From NCBI RefSeq assembly GCF_009914755.1, contig NC_060937.1: DNA of 64,000 nt, one strand, 5' to 3'. The DNA comes from the human T2T-CHM13v2.0 reference genome, Homo sapiens. Positions 26,689 through 39,770 of this stretch are shown one piece after another. The notes under the pieces are model-generated. The model was not told the DNA's origin and ran no database searches. It was given only the letters and a program-made list of their open reading frames with translations. The position numbers and the translations under genes are program-made. Every line of letters starts with the position of its first letter. The first letter of the stretch is position 1.

Positions 26689-27930
26689 TGCCATAGTCTG
26701 AATATTTGTGCCCCTTAACCCCAAGCCCAACCCCAACCCCAAATTCATATGTTGAAGTTGTAACCTTCAAGGTATGATATTAGAAGGTGGAGCCTTTGGG
26801 AGGTGATTATGTTATAATTGCAGAGCCCTTATAAAAGAGGATTCAGAGAGCTTCCTCACCCCTTCTACTATAAACCAAAAACAAAATTCTGAGTCCCCCA
26901 GTCAACTGAACGGACACTTTTTCTTGAAGGACATTCTAAAGTAAACCTGAAACGCTAATTCAGATCATAATGGGAATGAATATTTGGACACGCCTCATTA
27001 TACTTCCCTCTCTTTAGATTTCAGGCACAGTTGACTAGCATTAACATTAAAACAGAGACCTTTGGACTAACAAAGTAGATTCTTTGTAGCAATAAGACAC
27101 CAACATGGCAAATAGCAGGCCCTGAAAGAAACTGAAGTATTTTAACCCAATATATGTATATTTTTGACATACTTTGAAATGGCCCTGCAAAGCTGTATAT
27201 TGGGAAAATCTACATTATGTAGAAAATCACCTGCCCTTTTCAGGTCTTTGTTCAAACCCAGGAGAGAATTACCTAAGAGTCTAGCACCATTTTAAGTCTG
27301 ATAAGAAACATTTACATTTACAATCTATTCTCTCTGAAGCCTGCTACCTAGAAGCTTTATCTGCATAATAAGAACCCTGGTCTCCATGACCCTTTGTCTT
27401 AATCCCAGACACTCCCTTCTATTGATTCTTGATCTTTAGATAAAACCTCTTTCAATCAATTGTCAATTGCCAATCAGAAAATCTTTGAATCTACCTATGA
27501 TTTGGAAGCTCCTGCTTATAATTATCCCACCTTTCTTGACAGAACCAATGTACATCCTATATATATTGATTGAGGTCTTATGTCTCCCTAAAATGTATAA
27601 AACCAAGCAGTAACCCTACCACCTTGGGAACATGTTCTCAGGATTTTCTGGGGCTGTTTCATGAGCCATTAGTCACTCATGATTGGCTCAGAATAAACCT
27701 CTTCAAATGTTTTACAGAGTTTGCCTCTTTTTGTTGACACTACCAGTGGTGACATAGCGAAATGATGGCTGTCAATGAGCCAGAACTCTCATCATACTCC
27801 CAGACATTGAATCTGTCAGGACCTTGATCTTAGACTTGCCAGCCTTCACAGCTATGAGAAATAAATTTCTGTTATTTTGAATCCACCTGGTTCATAATAT
27901 TTTGCTATAGCAGCCTGAACAGAATAAACC
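26689..27930 (+). mobile_element. MLT1A-like MaLR LTR split by a MER4-group LTR
   Basis: 5' half 26689-26868 (caaattcatatgttgaag), 3' half 27740-27930 (gagaaataaatttctgtt...atagcagcctgaac). Confidence 0.8.
26869..27739 (+). mobile_element. MER4D/E-like ERV1 solo LTR
   Basis: t(a)taaaccaaaaacaaaattct...gttgaca; 4-bp TSD ctac at 26865-26868 and 27740-27743. Confidence 0.85.
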
Positions 27931-28599
27931 GTGAATCACGTTATCTTCATTCAACAAATAAGTAGGCATTTATCCAATTTTTAATTCAAGGAGCTTCTAA
28001 ATTAGCCAGAGGGCAGTTGAAAAGTTGTTAGTGATCTACTCCTATACTCACCAATCCACAAAAACATCCTTTTTTTTTAATAACCATTCAAACATTACCT
28101 TTCCTAGCATCAATATTACTGGGAACAAGATACATTTGATACCAGCTGAGCATTGTAACATAGGAAGTTCATTTTAAAAAGTGGTCCAGCATTTAAAATT
28201 TAATGTGTCTAAGTCATCAGTGGATAAATCCTCTGAAAATATTCACTAAATTAGTGTATAGATATTTAAACTGTGAGGTTGAATAATGAAGATTAACACG
28301 TTTTCACAGCAAACTCCTCCCCTTGCTCCCCTTCTGGCAAATAAATTTACTAGAATAAAATTAATGTGAGCATTATCAAGAACAATTCAAAGATTTTATC
28401 TCTTGGTCAATATTGCCTTTGATTGTTACAAATACTAATATCAATGAATAAACAGAAAAAAGAGATAAAACAGACAAAGGGAGATGAACTAAGGCTCCAG
28501 GAAGGGATGATTGTCACAATAATGAAAATGAGATCATGCTATAATCATACAATTTACCATAAAACTGTATAAAAATATTTAAAAAACATTTCTTGGTAT

Positions 28600-30340
28600 A
28601 TTCATAGGGAGGTGACAAAATGTCTTATTGTAACAGGATCAATACATTGACAAGAATTATTTTAAAAATACAAGAAGGTAAATTACAAACAAACAGCTGA
28701 ATAATAAGTATTTTGATATTTATTTTATAGAGGCATGATAATAAATGCAAAAACAAATAATATATTGTCCAATCAAAGGAACAATAGAAGTAGAATTGAA
28801 AATTAAATAGGTCAAAATAGTCATTGAAGGAAGTTGAAAATAAATGTGAAATTTTAGAAGAGTAAAATAGTGTTAAAAAAAGGCAAATCTTCACAAGATA
28901 GTTTAATAAGAACAGAAATAATAATAAAAGAAAATAATACCTATATAATAATACATGTAAAAAATCAAACAATCTGTATAATTTTTATTGATTGGAAGAA
29001 TACATTTCATAAAAACTTAATTCTCAGACTAGAAGAAATAACCTAAATATAGTTGAATAAATTTTTTCTTAATAAAAGTTTGGTTATATATATGAAGAAG
29101 AAAATAATGTTGTTTGCATCTAGTGCTTTTTATTTTTCTTTGGCAATAAAATACTATTTTACTGAACTTTGCGTATGTATTCAGGCCAAACAATAAAAAA
29201 GGAAAAAAGTAAGTAATGATATTTGAGCATTATATTAATGTATTTTTTGGAAGAAAGAAAAGCCAATTCATCTAGTTTAACACATAATGTATAACATCTA
29301 AATAAATCTCAGAAAAAAACCATTAAAATTAACTACAGTATTTTATTAGCATTGACCCATATTTCCTTTATTTGCCAAGAAATTAAATCAGGCTAGACTC
29401 ACTCACATTAAATGTCAGACAGCAATGTGATAGCATCTTTTGAATACTAAAAGAATTCTAAAGTAAGAATGTTATACTCAGGGGAATAGTCACCCATGTA
29501 GAAAATCAAACACAAGGCATTTCCAAATAAACAGAAAGTCAGATAATGTACTGTTCTTGATCACTTTCATTTCTTCTTCCTGTTGCACACACATACAAAG
29601 TGTTAAGTAACTTGCAACCAGGAGATAAATACATCCAAACAAATGATAAAGTGAAAACACAATGATAAAGTACACTTTAAATCACTTGTCTTAGGAAAGA
29701 AGATATGGAGTGTCTAACATTTAGTAAACATGATAGTTATCTAACACTTCAAATTGTATTGAAAGGTATTTGGAAATTCCAAAAACCTAAAGATATCCTT
29801 ATACTATCGAGGAGAAAATAAAAAAATACTCCTCTTGTTTGAGAAGAACAGTTAATCTTAAATGTGTGTTTTACACATGTAGCAATGATAAAATTAAAAA
29901 CATTATGTATAATGATAATTTCTGAGGAAATAAAAGCAGAACAATATAGTCTAAACAATAAAAAGCACACAAAATAAATTTATTTTTAGAACTAAATAAA
30001 TGACACAGGAAAAAAGACCACTATGAGAACAAAAAATCATGTGTTCTGAAACTTATACATTTAAAAAATATATATAGTAGTGTAAAACTGGTCTAATCAC
30101 ATTTTTTATAGAATAAATAAATTTAAAACAAAATGTGTTAATATTTTTAATAAAGAAAATGAGCATATGTCAGGCATTCTAAATAAAACTTAACATTTTC
30201 AACAAGAGATGTGTACATAAATATTCATGGCTGCCTTGTTTGTAACATTAGAAAGAAAAAAGACGTCATCCAAACTTCCATTAAAAAAAGAATGACTATA
30301 TTTACTATGGTGCAATTAAGCAAGAAAATACTATATATAT
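28600..30340 (+). mobile_element. Highly degraded old L1 (L1M/L1ME) fragments
   Basis: A-rich strand; ORF1-like aaatgtcagacagcaatgtgatagcatcttttgaatactaaaagaa...agaatgttatactcag near 29410; L1ME 3' text near 30200-30330. Confidence 0.5.
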
Positions 30341-30363
30341 ATATTTTAAAGTAAAGGTAAATG

Positions 30364-30705
<342 letters not shown>

Positions 30706-31994
30706 TTATTGCTGAAGCATATTATAATTATGCAATATATCGGTCTTGGTGTATTAGAAATACTACGCCATATTTTCCACTGTATTCTAAGTCAAGAGTT
30801 AGAGTGGGACTCCATATGATGCAAGATAAACAAACCTCTTCTTGATTAAACCCATTCTGAGGGGCTAATTCTTCCCTTCTGTTGTATGAAATTAAAGGAA
30901 TTTCTTGTGACTTTAGTAGTTACTCAACAAAATGACAACATAGCCGTTTCTGCAGTTACTTTCAGTCTCACAAAAGATTATGTAATCAAAAATTAAATTA
31001 TCCTGTGTAATAGTGAAACTCGAAGTTTCATTTAAAGATTCCTCATTTCACTGACTTGGCCTTATATGAGGCTGGAGATCCAATTTGGAAATGGACATTT
31101 GGTAGACTTTTTCATCCCCCACATTGCTCTCCTCCTTTTCTCCTTTGCTTATTAATCATGGCGTTTGACCTCCCAGGGAAAACAGCCGGGAGGAAGTTAG
31201 AAAATATGTTTAAAGGGCAAAAACATTTTCACTTGCTTGGTTGCATAATGATTTGATTTTGGATCTCTTGGGGCTTGGAATCTGGCCAAAGATTACTCTA
31301 TAGTAAGGTACATTTTAAGTTTCTTAACTTTAAGACATGCCAGCTCAAAGAATGTCTAAATTTAGTTTTCCAGACTGAGGCAATGCATTCACTTGGGCTG
31401 ACTGCTTATGAATTTCTCAGTGCCTGGACTTCCAGATGTCCACCCTGTTGTTGACATTATGTAATTCCTCCAGATAGTATTTCTAAGGAGCATTTTAAAT
31501 GGTCTCAGCTTGGCTCTCTTTTTGCATAGCACGTATCTGGTACAATCCAAATTTATGTATGTGTAGCTAGCTCCCAATGAAGTATTTTCTCTCTCCTGTT
31601 TAGCCATCTCAGGTAGATAGCAAAACCTCAGGCTAATCGTATGTGAAATAGACAGTGTCCACTGTACCCAGATTCAAAGAGGATATGTCAGTGTGAGGAG
31701 GTATTTTTATCCACTCCTTCCACTAAAAAATGGGAAGAAAAATGATAGGAAACTTCTCACGTTTCCTTCCAAATATATTTTCTTCTCTATTCTTTACCTT
31801 AAAAATAAATAAAAACAAATTTACCTTTTCTTTCCTAATGCTCTAAAGAAAACCTAGGGGCTCAGTTTAGAATATGGAACACTTGCCACATATCATTGGC
31901 AGAATCACTGGAAGACATGTCGTTGGAAGAATCAATGATTCTTCCCCAATCATTTGAAGTCTAGTTAACTCCATTCTTCTAAACTCTAAATTGC

Positions 31995-32161
31995 TTTTTC
32001 TGCTTTTCCTGTTTTCTTTCTCTTTCTTTCTTTCTTTCTTTCCTTCCTTCCTTCCTTCTTTCTTTTCTTCCTTTCTCTCTCTTTCTTTTCTCTCTCTTTC
32101 CCTCCCTCCCTCCCTCCCTCCCTCCCTCCCTCCCTCCTTCCTTCCTTCCTTCCTTCCTTTC

Positions 32162-32252
<91 letters not shown>

Positions 32253-32256
32253 TCTT
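31995..32256. repeat. Compound polypyrimidine microsatellite (TTTC)n/(CCTT)n/(CCCT)n/(CT)n derived from an Alu tail
   Basis: Directly visible; lies between the Alu body and its TSD. Confidence 0.95.
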
Positions 32257-32528
32257 GTCTTGCTCTGTCACCTAGGCTGAAGTGCAGTGGTGCAATCACA
32301 GCCAACTACAGCCTTGACCTCCTGGGACCTCCTGGGCTCACGTGATCCTTTCACCTCAGGCTCCCAGGGTGGCGGCGACTACAGGCGCATGCCACTATGC
32401 CTGGGTAAATTTTTTATTTCTTTTTTTAAAGATGGGGTTTCACCATGTTTCCCCAATCCACCTGCCTGGGAATTACAGGCATGCTGGAAAGGTGCTAGAA
32501 TTACAGATGTGAGCCACCACACCTAGCC
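32257..32528 (-). mobile_element. AluJ with rearranged left arm
   Basis: Alu body; TSD aactctaaatt (31982) / aactctaatt (32529). Confidence 0.9.
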
Positions 32529-32779
32529 AACTCTAATTCGTAATGTAAACCAGCGCTCGTCTTGTTAATAATTATTTGTGTAGCTCCTTGTATGATTTTT
32601 GAGAAAGTACTTGCTGTATAGTAGTCACTTTAAAAAATACTAGTTTTTATTATCCATATAGATAAAAATTAATCAGATATTTAAAATAATTTAGTAGTGT
32701 ATTGGCAGAAGCTTTACCAAGCCAATATATTTCTCATATAAATTTTTCATAGAAATACAAGTAATAATTATATTTAAGG

Positions 32780-33330
32780 ATTATATAAATGTGGTCTATC
32801 ATAAAATACAAAAATTAGAAAATTTAAAAATGGGATTAAAAGCATTTGATAAAATACAACATATGTTTTTTAAAATCCTTGGAAATTGAAAAAATAAACA
32901 TTAAAATATATCAATATTAATTCAATTAAAATATGAAATGCTAAGGTGATTATGTTAAAACATGAAATGAAAGAGAATGGTCATAGATATATAATGATCA
33001 TAAAATATACATGATATGGAAATCCATTGGAATGCCCATAGAAGTAATACATTTCCAATTGCATGATTTGACAAAAATAAGCCAAAATACAGAGGTTTAT
33101 GACATAGTTAAAATGAAGAGAACTCTTTTAAAAGTATTTTTATCACTAAATAACCAAAATAGAATACTTCAGAAACAGCCAAAGAAAAAATATATTTGAT
33201 AGAGGTGATTGATAATACCAAAACTTACCAAGGATTATAATATATCAATTTAATAATGAGTAAGAGACAGTATTTCTGAGAGGTAATTCTGAAAATGGTA
33301 GAAACAATATGTTTACAAATTGTCATGGTT
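32780..33330 (+). mobile_element. Degraded L1 ORF2 (RT) fragment
   Basis: aaagcatttgataaaatacaacat = KAFDKIQH, the L1 RT motif, at about 32839. Confidence 0.6.
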
Positions 33331-33332
33331 AG

Positions 33333-33640
<308 letters not shown>

Positions 33641-34563
33641 TAGAAATTTTAAGCTAAATCCCAGTTGTAGCTTTTGAAGCTTAAACGCATGCATATTAAA
33701 CTCATATTACCATGTAAAAAATAGTAATCAAGAAACATATTTTTGAAAAAAAAGGTTTTTACCAGTTGCAACTAAAATAATTAAAACATTATTACACCAA
33801 ATAGGGATGTGTAGTCTCAACAGTAAATCAGAATAGATAAGATAACCTAAAATAAATGTAAAAATTGGTTATTTATAAAACAAAGAAACAAACAAAAATT
33901 AGAAACAAAAAAGCTCTTAAACCTGGCAAAATTATTTTTCACTTTTTGGCCTAAGGGTGAATATAAGATATTCTTTATAAAATGTTTAGATATTTTATAT
34001 TTGGTATCTATATAAGATATGTAATATATAATATATAATAATATATTATCATTAATAGTAATAATATTAATTATAGATAATATATGGAATATATAAGATA
34101 TTCTTTATAAAGTGTTCAGACATTTGGCATTGCCATGGTTCTGAATTTGCTGATGTGCCAAAACAAATATAGTTACTTTGGCTGTTACATAAATTAAGAA
34201 ATGATATTTTTATTTTTATATGTATGCTGTTTGTCCAAATTTTTATCAAATCTTTTTTGATAATATCGTCTTATGTTTAAGTTATAATAACTTCTCTTTG
34301 GCAATAGAGATAAATTTAACATTCTAAAATTAAAACACTTGTTCAATTTATTATCAAAATGGGTAATTCTTTACAAAGTAGGATGGAAGATTTTTTTAAG
34401 ATGGGCTTACCTGTTTCTTCAATGGAATATGACTGAAGACAAATTCCCAAGTTTATAAAATTAGAGTGCACTTCATATAAAAAAGGAAATGACTCCAAAA
34501 TTTTAATCTTGTAGTAAATCAACATTAAATATTGAATTTCACAACACATACTTATAACCAAGT

Positions 34564-34914
34564 TGCAATGGACTGAATGTACCCCCGTCTCCCCAAATTC
34601 ATATGTTGAAACCCTAATCCCAGTATGATAGTATTTGGAGGTGAGGTTCTTAGGAAGTGATCAAGTCATGAGAGTGGAGTATTCGTGAATGGAATTAATG
34701 CCCTTATGAAAGGAAACCAGAGAGTAAACTGGCTCTTTCTGCCATTTGAGGACACAGGAAGAAGTTTTATAAACTAGAACTGGGTCCTCACCAAGAACCT
34801 TGACACTGCTGACACTCTAACTTCCAATGTCCAGAAATATGAGAAAAAAAAGTTTGTTGTTTAAGCCACCCAGATTCTAGTATGTTATTATAATAGCCTG
34901 AGCTTACTAAGACA
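34564..34914 (+). mobile_element. MLT1A-like MaLR solo LTR
   Basis: tgcaatggactgaatgt...ccaaattcatatgttgaaacccta...ttaagccaccc...ctaagaca. Confidence 0.85.
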
Positions 34915-37105
34915 AAGTGGAAGACTAATATAGAAGGGACATTTTTCAAAGCTTGAAACATTTCTCATTTCTTTGTCTTCTTGGTAATTATTTTCTAATT
35001 AGTTTTTATGGACTTTACTTTTATTATAATAGAGCAGTTTTCCCTTAAGGCCTATATGAATTATATATGACTTAAATATAGAAGTATATAAACACAAGCA
35101 AAATTTTGGAAGAGCAAAATTGTAGGAATAAAAATTAAGTATTGGAGACTGAAATTTCTTTCTTCTTTCGGTTTATAGTTCAATAGGTAATCCTGGAGAG
35201 GCTACTTTAACAATAGGTGGACACTATATTTTTAAAATAACCTTTAATGATAATTGTAAAAAATTTTTGAAAATCTTAATATCCCAAATAATGCATATTT
35301 AAGCTCTTTTTGCCCCCGAGCTTCATTAGCAAAACTGTACTCCAAAAATAGAGAAAAGTTAAAAATTTGGACATATGCTGAGTTCATAACCTAGGTCACA
35401 TGAAAGAGCAGGACTAGGATAGAAGGCCTGGCAAAAATTATATTAGAAGAATTTTTAGGTTTGTCCCTGGGCTTAGAAATGAGCCTAAACTTGTTGTTGC
35501 TTTTATTTATTTATTTTTTGTTTATTTATGTATTTATTACATATTGCTACATTTGTTTGAGAGACTGAATCAAAATGCAAATTTGTCCCTAAGAAGCAGT
35601 GGCTTAAAATAATACAAATCACAATTCTCTTTTATGCTGCTTTGCGCAGTATTAACTTTTATGCAATTCAGTTCAAAAGTCAGAAACTTATGTGAGTTCT
35701 GTTGCTTCTTAATAACATTTGCTATTATTACCTTTTTGATTTTTCTATATACTCAATATCATACTTCAATAACAACTTATGCTAGTTTCAAGGTAAAAAA
35801 TACTATATATGATCCTCAAACTATTAAATATGCATTATCAATTTTAAATACTTCTTCTTTGAAGATATTAAGGCTCAAAAAAATTAAAGAAGTTTCCAAA
35901 ATGGAAGACTTAGGATAAACATGTGTGTTTCTACCGCAATGTATATCTGCCTTCTGTTATGTATAATTTTCTTCTTCAAAATGCTGCTGTGTACATTATT
36001 TAACTAGAAATGTTTTAGCAATGGTTACTTAATCTACCTGCTTAGGTATAGCTCCTTTAAAAAGTCAGTATTTTTAAAATTTGAGACTTTATAAAACCAC
36101 TATTTTTCACTGAGGATTATGACAAACTTGAAATACAGCATATACAGTTAAACAGCTTGACACTAACAGCTTACATAATCAGATATAATAACAGTGTAAT
36201 AAAAAACAGTCTTCACATGTTTTATAAATTAAGTGTAGTTTGGAAAATTTCTGCTACATTCCTTGCTGCCCATTATTTGTTTACTCTGTTTTGTATCTCT
36301 CCTGGTTTCTCCACTAGTCTTGCATCAAAGTCAATTATTTTCAATGTTACAGTTTTCCTTTTATCCCTATTGAGAGTTTATAGGCCAGGACCTTTACAAA
36401 TTTTTTTTTGTAAGTTTTGCTATGTATTTTGTTATTTCTATTACCTCATATATACAAATGCAAGAGGTCTGTTTCTTCTTTACTGAATTATCTTCACATT
36501 TGCTGCTTATTTCAGAGCTTTTCTGATGGAAGAAATTTGCTTCCCATGCTTTTGTAAGAAACATATTGACTGCTATATAGAACTGCTTATTTTTTTTTAT
36601 TCTACAGGTAATTCTTATTTCTTAAGAAATGCCACTTTCAGCAGGAGCAGCAAAGTGAAAAATTATCCCTTTGCTACCTCTCAGTAATATTGTTTAAGTT
36701 TATTTTGTCAATTTATCTTTGATTTCCCCTTCTTGTATTTCACCGGCCTGAAATACACCCAGAAATGTCCTTTCCACCCATACAAATTCTTCTCTGCCAT
36801 CGAATTACAACTCAGATACGTCAATTTTTGGAACAAGCAGTTCCTCAGCCCTTGAACTTGAATAGAGCTCTTCATCTTATAAATGCCAGAGGAATTACTT
36901 TCAGACTAATTCATGTGGAATTGATTCTTGGGAAATGTCTTTTGTTCACATTTTGCTATTGTTTTGATATAATTTATCTCCCGGACTGTTCTTTAATTTT
37001 GTATATTTGTCTTGTTTCTATAGGGGGATGATGTTTTCTTTTCTGTCTGAACAGAAAAGATTCAGTTCTGTAGTCTTTGGAATCAAACAGCACTTTGCCT
37101 TTTAA

Positions 37106-37820
<715 letters not shown>

Positions 37821-38258
37821 TGATCAACAGTATATTCATGTTTTCTATCTAGCTTCCCAAATTTTGTAAGCCAAACATGGGGGTAGTATCTTTCATTTAT
37901 CACTGTAATGTCAGTGCCTAGACTGTACATGATGCGTAACTACCAATATCTGTTGCATGTACAAAGGTAATAATACTGGAAGCTTAATAAACATTTCCTG
38001 AGGGTGAAAAATGGGAAAAACTACATATAGAGAAAAAGAGAAAAAGTAACAAGTTAAATATATTTTTGAAGTTCATATTCTTAATGAGGAAATTTAGTCT
38101 TCATCTGGGAGAAAAATATTTTCTAAATATTACATAATCTAACAACTATTAAAATATCTTGGTAACATATTAGAGATGGGTAGAGCTAAAAGCAACTCAT
38201 CTGGATGGAAAGAAAATACACTAGTCCAAAAAAGATATGCTGTAGGTTTTGCTGAAAG

Positions 38259-38285
<27 letters not shown>
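38259..38285. repeat. (TA)n microsatellite
   Basis: Directly visible. Confidence 0.95.
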
Positions 38286-38289
<4 letters not shown>

Positions 38290-39279
38290 CAGAAAATTAA
38301 AATCAATGTAAGTTAGTAAAAAAATAAAAATTGGGTATTATTTTGCTTAAAATTTGAGTACTATTTTCTTGTGATAGTTTGCATAAGGCTTTCTTTTAGT
38401 TTTTGCAGACATAGAACACCTTCAGGTAGTTTAGGTTAGTTTTCTAATCTACTAAAATTTTTCAATGCTGAAAAGAAAATCCCCACATTTTAATTTAGCA
38501 ATGTATTTTGTGACAAACTCAACTTTTTGTTATATTTATAGAAGAGGTAAATAAATTGAACTATGAGCTAAAAATCTTAAATTATTATTCAGTTATAAGT
38601 TGGCTTTAATTGGTTGATTGCTTTCATACTTGTATTTAGTAGAAGACACTGTTGTTGTATTTTGAATGCAAGCATTGTTGATGATATAAAAGGCCACATT
38701 GCTTTTTACCATATTTTGCAATATTTTTGTGTTATTCAAAATAATACATGAAAGGCAAAGCTAAATGAATTCAGGAATTAAAATATATGACTAAATGGGT
38801 TTTGTACTTATAATTTGTACCCCATCTTTATAAAAATTGTGATAAATACTGAAATATATACAATTAAAGGAGAAACAGTCACTCTTCAGGAAAATGTAAT
38901 AAAGTATCTTTACATTTCTGAAAAGTATAATATGAAAGGTGAAGCTTCATGTTCAGGCCCCAGGCTAACTTCCTTTGAGTTTGAGAAGGGTCAAAGTGTA
39001 CAAGAGGATGAAAAGAAAGGGCACTCCAACTGTGAGAGGAAAGCATGAACAGCAGCGGTAACACAAGGAACAGTCAGGATTAGCTAGTGTCTGCGATGTG
39101 AGCACTGATGAACATGTGACCAGAAATGTTTAAAATATCATAACTATTTGCTTGGTGAGATTTATATTACTGTGGCTCTATGATACTTTGTTATTTGCCT
39201 CATTTAAATGCAAAAAGGTCAAAATATCTCTTTTTGCTTGAGAAAGAAGAAAACCCACTCCATATAATATATAAATATT

Positions 39280-39567
39280 GGCCATGCACGATGGCTCACA
39301 CCTGTAATCCCAGCACTTTGGGAGGCTGAGGTGGGCGGATCACTTTAGGTCAGGAGTTCAAGACCAGCCTGGGCAACATGGCCAAACCCCGTCTCTACTG
39401 AAAATACAAGAATTAGCCAGGTGTAGTTGTGCAAACCTGTAGTCCTAGCTACTTGGGAGGCTGAGGCATGAGAATTGTTTGAGTCCAGGAGGCAGAGGTT
39501 GCAGTGAGCCAAGCTTGCGCCACTGGACTCTAGCCTGAATGATAGAGCAAGACTTTGTCTCAAAAAA
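39280..39567 (+). mobile_element. AluS (Sx/Sz-like)
   Basis: Full dimer with short A tail. Confidence 0.95.
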
Positions 39568-39569
39568 TG

Positions 39570-39768
39570 TTTTTTATATATTTATATATATATAAAAAGT
39601 ATAACATGTTATATATAAATAATATATAATATAGAAATACATAACATGCATATATAAATAATATATATAATGTTATATATGTTATATATAACATGCATAT
39701 ATATAATAAAATATATAACATGTTATATATGTTATATATAAAACATGTTTTTATATGTATATATTATT
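39570..39768. repeat. AT-rich quasi-palindromic low-complexity tract
   Basis: Perfect palindromes atatataacatgttatatat (39711-39730), atgttatatataacat (39679-39694) and tataacatgttata (39600-39613). Confidence 0.85.
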
Positions 39769-39770
39769 TG

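Noticed and set aside
31867-32305. Lys/Glu/Arg-rich and Phe/Ser/Leu-rich ORFs
   Set aside because: Translations of the microsatellite and Alu.
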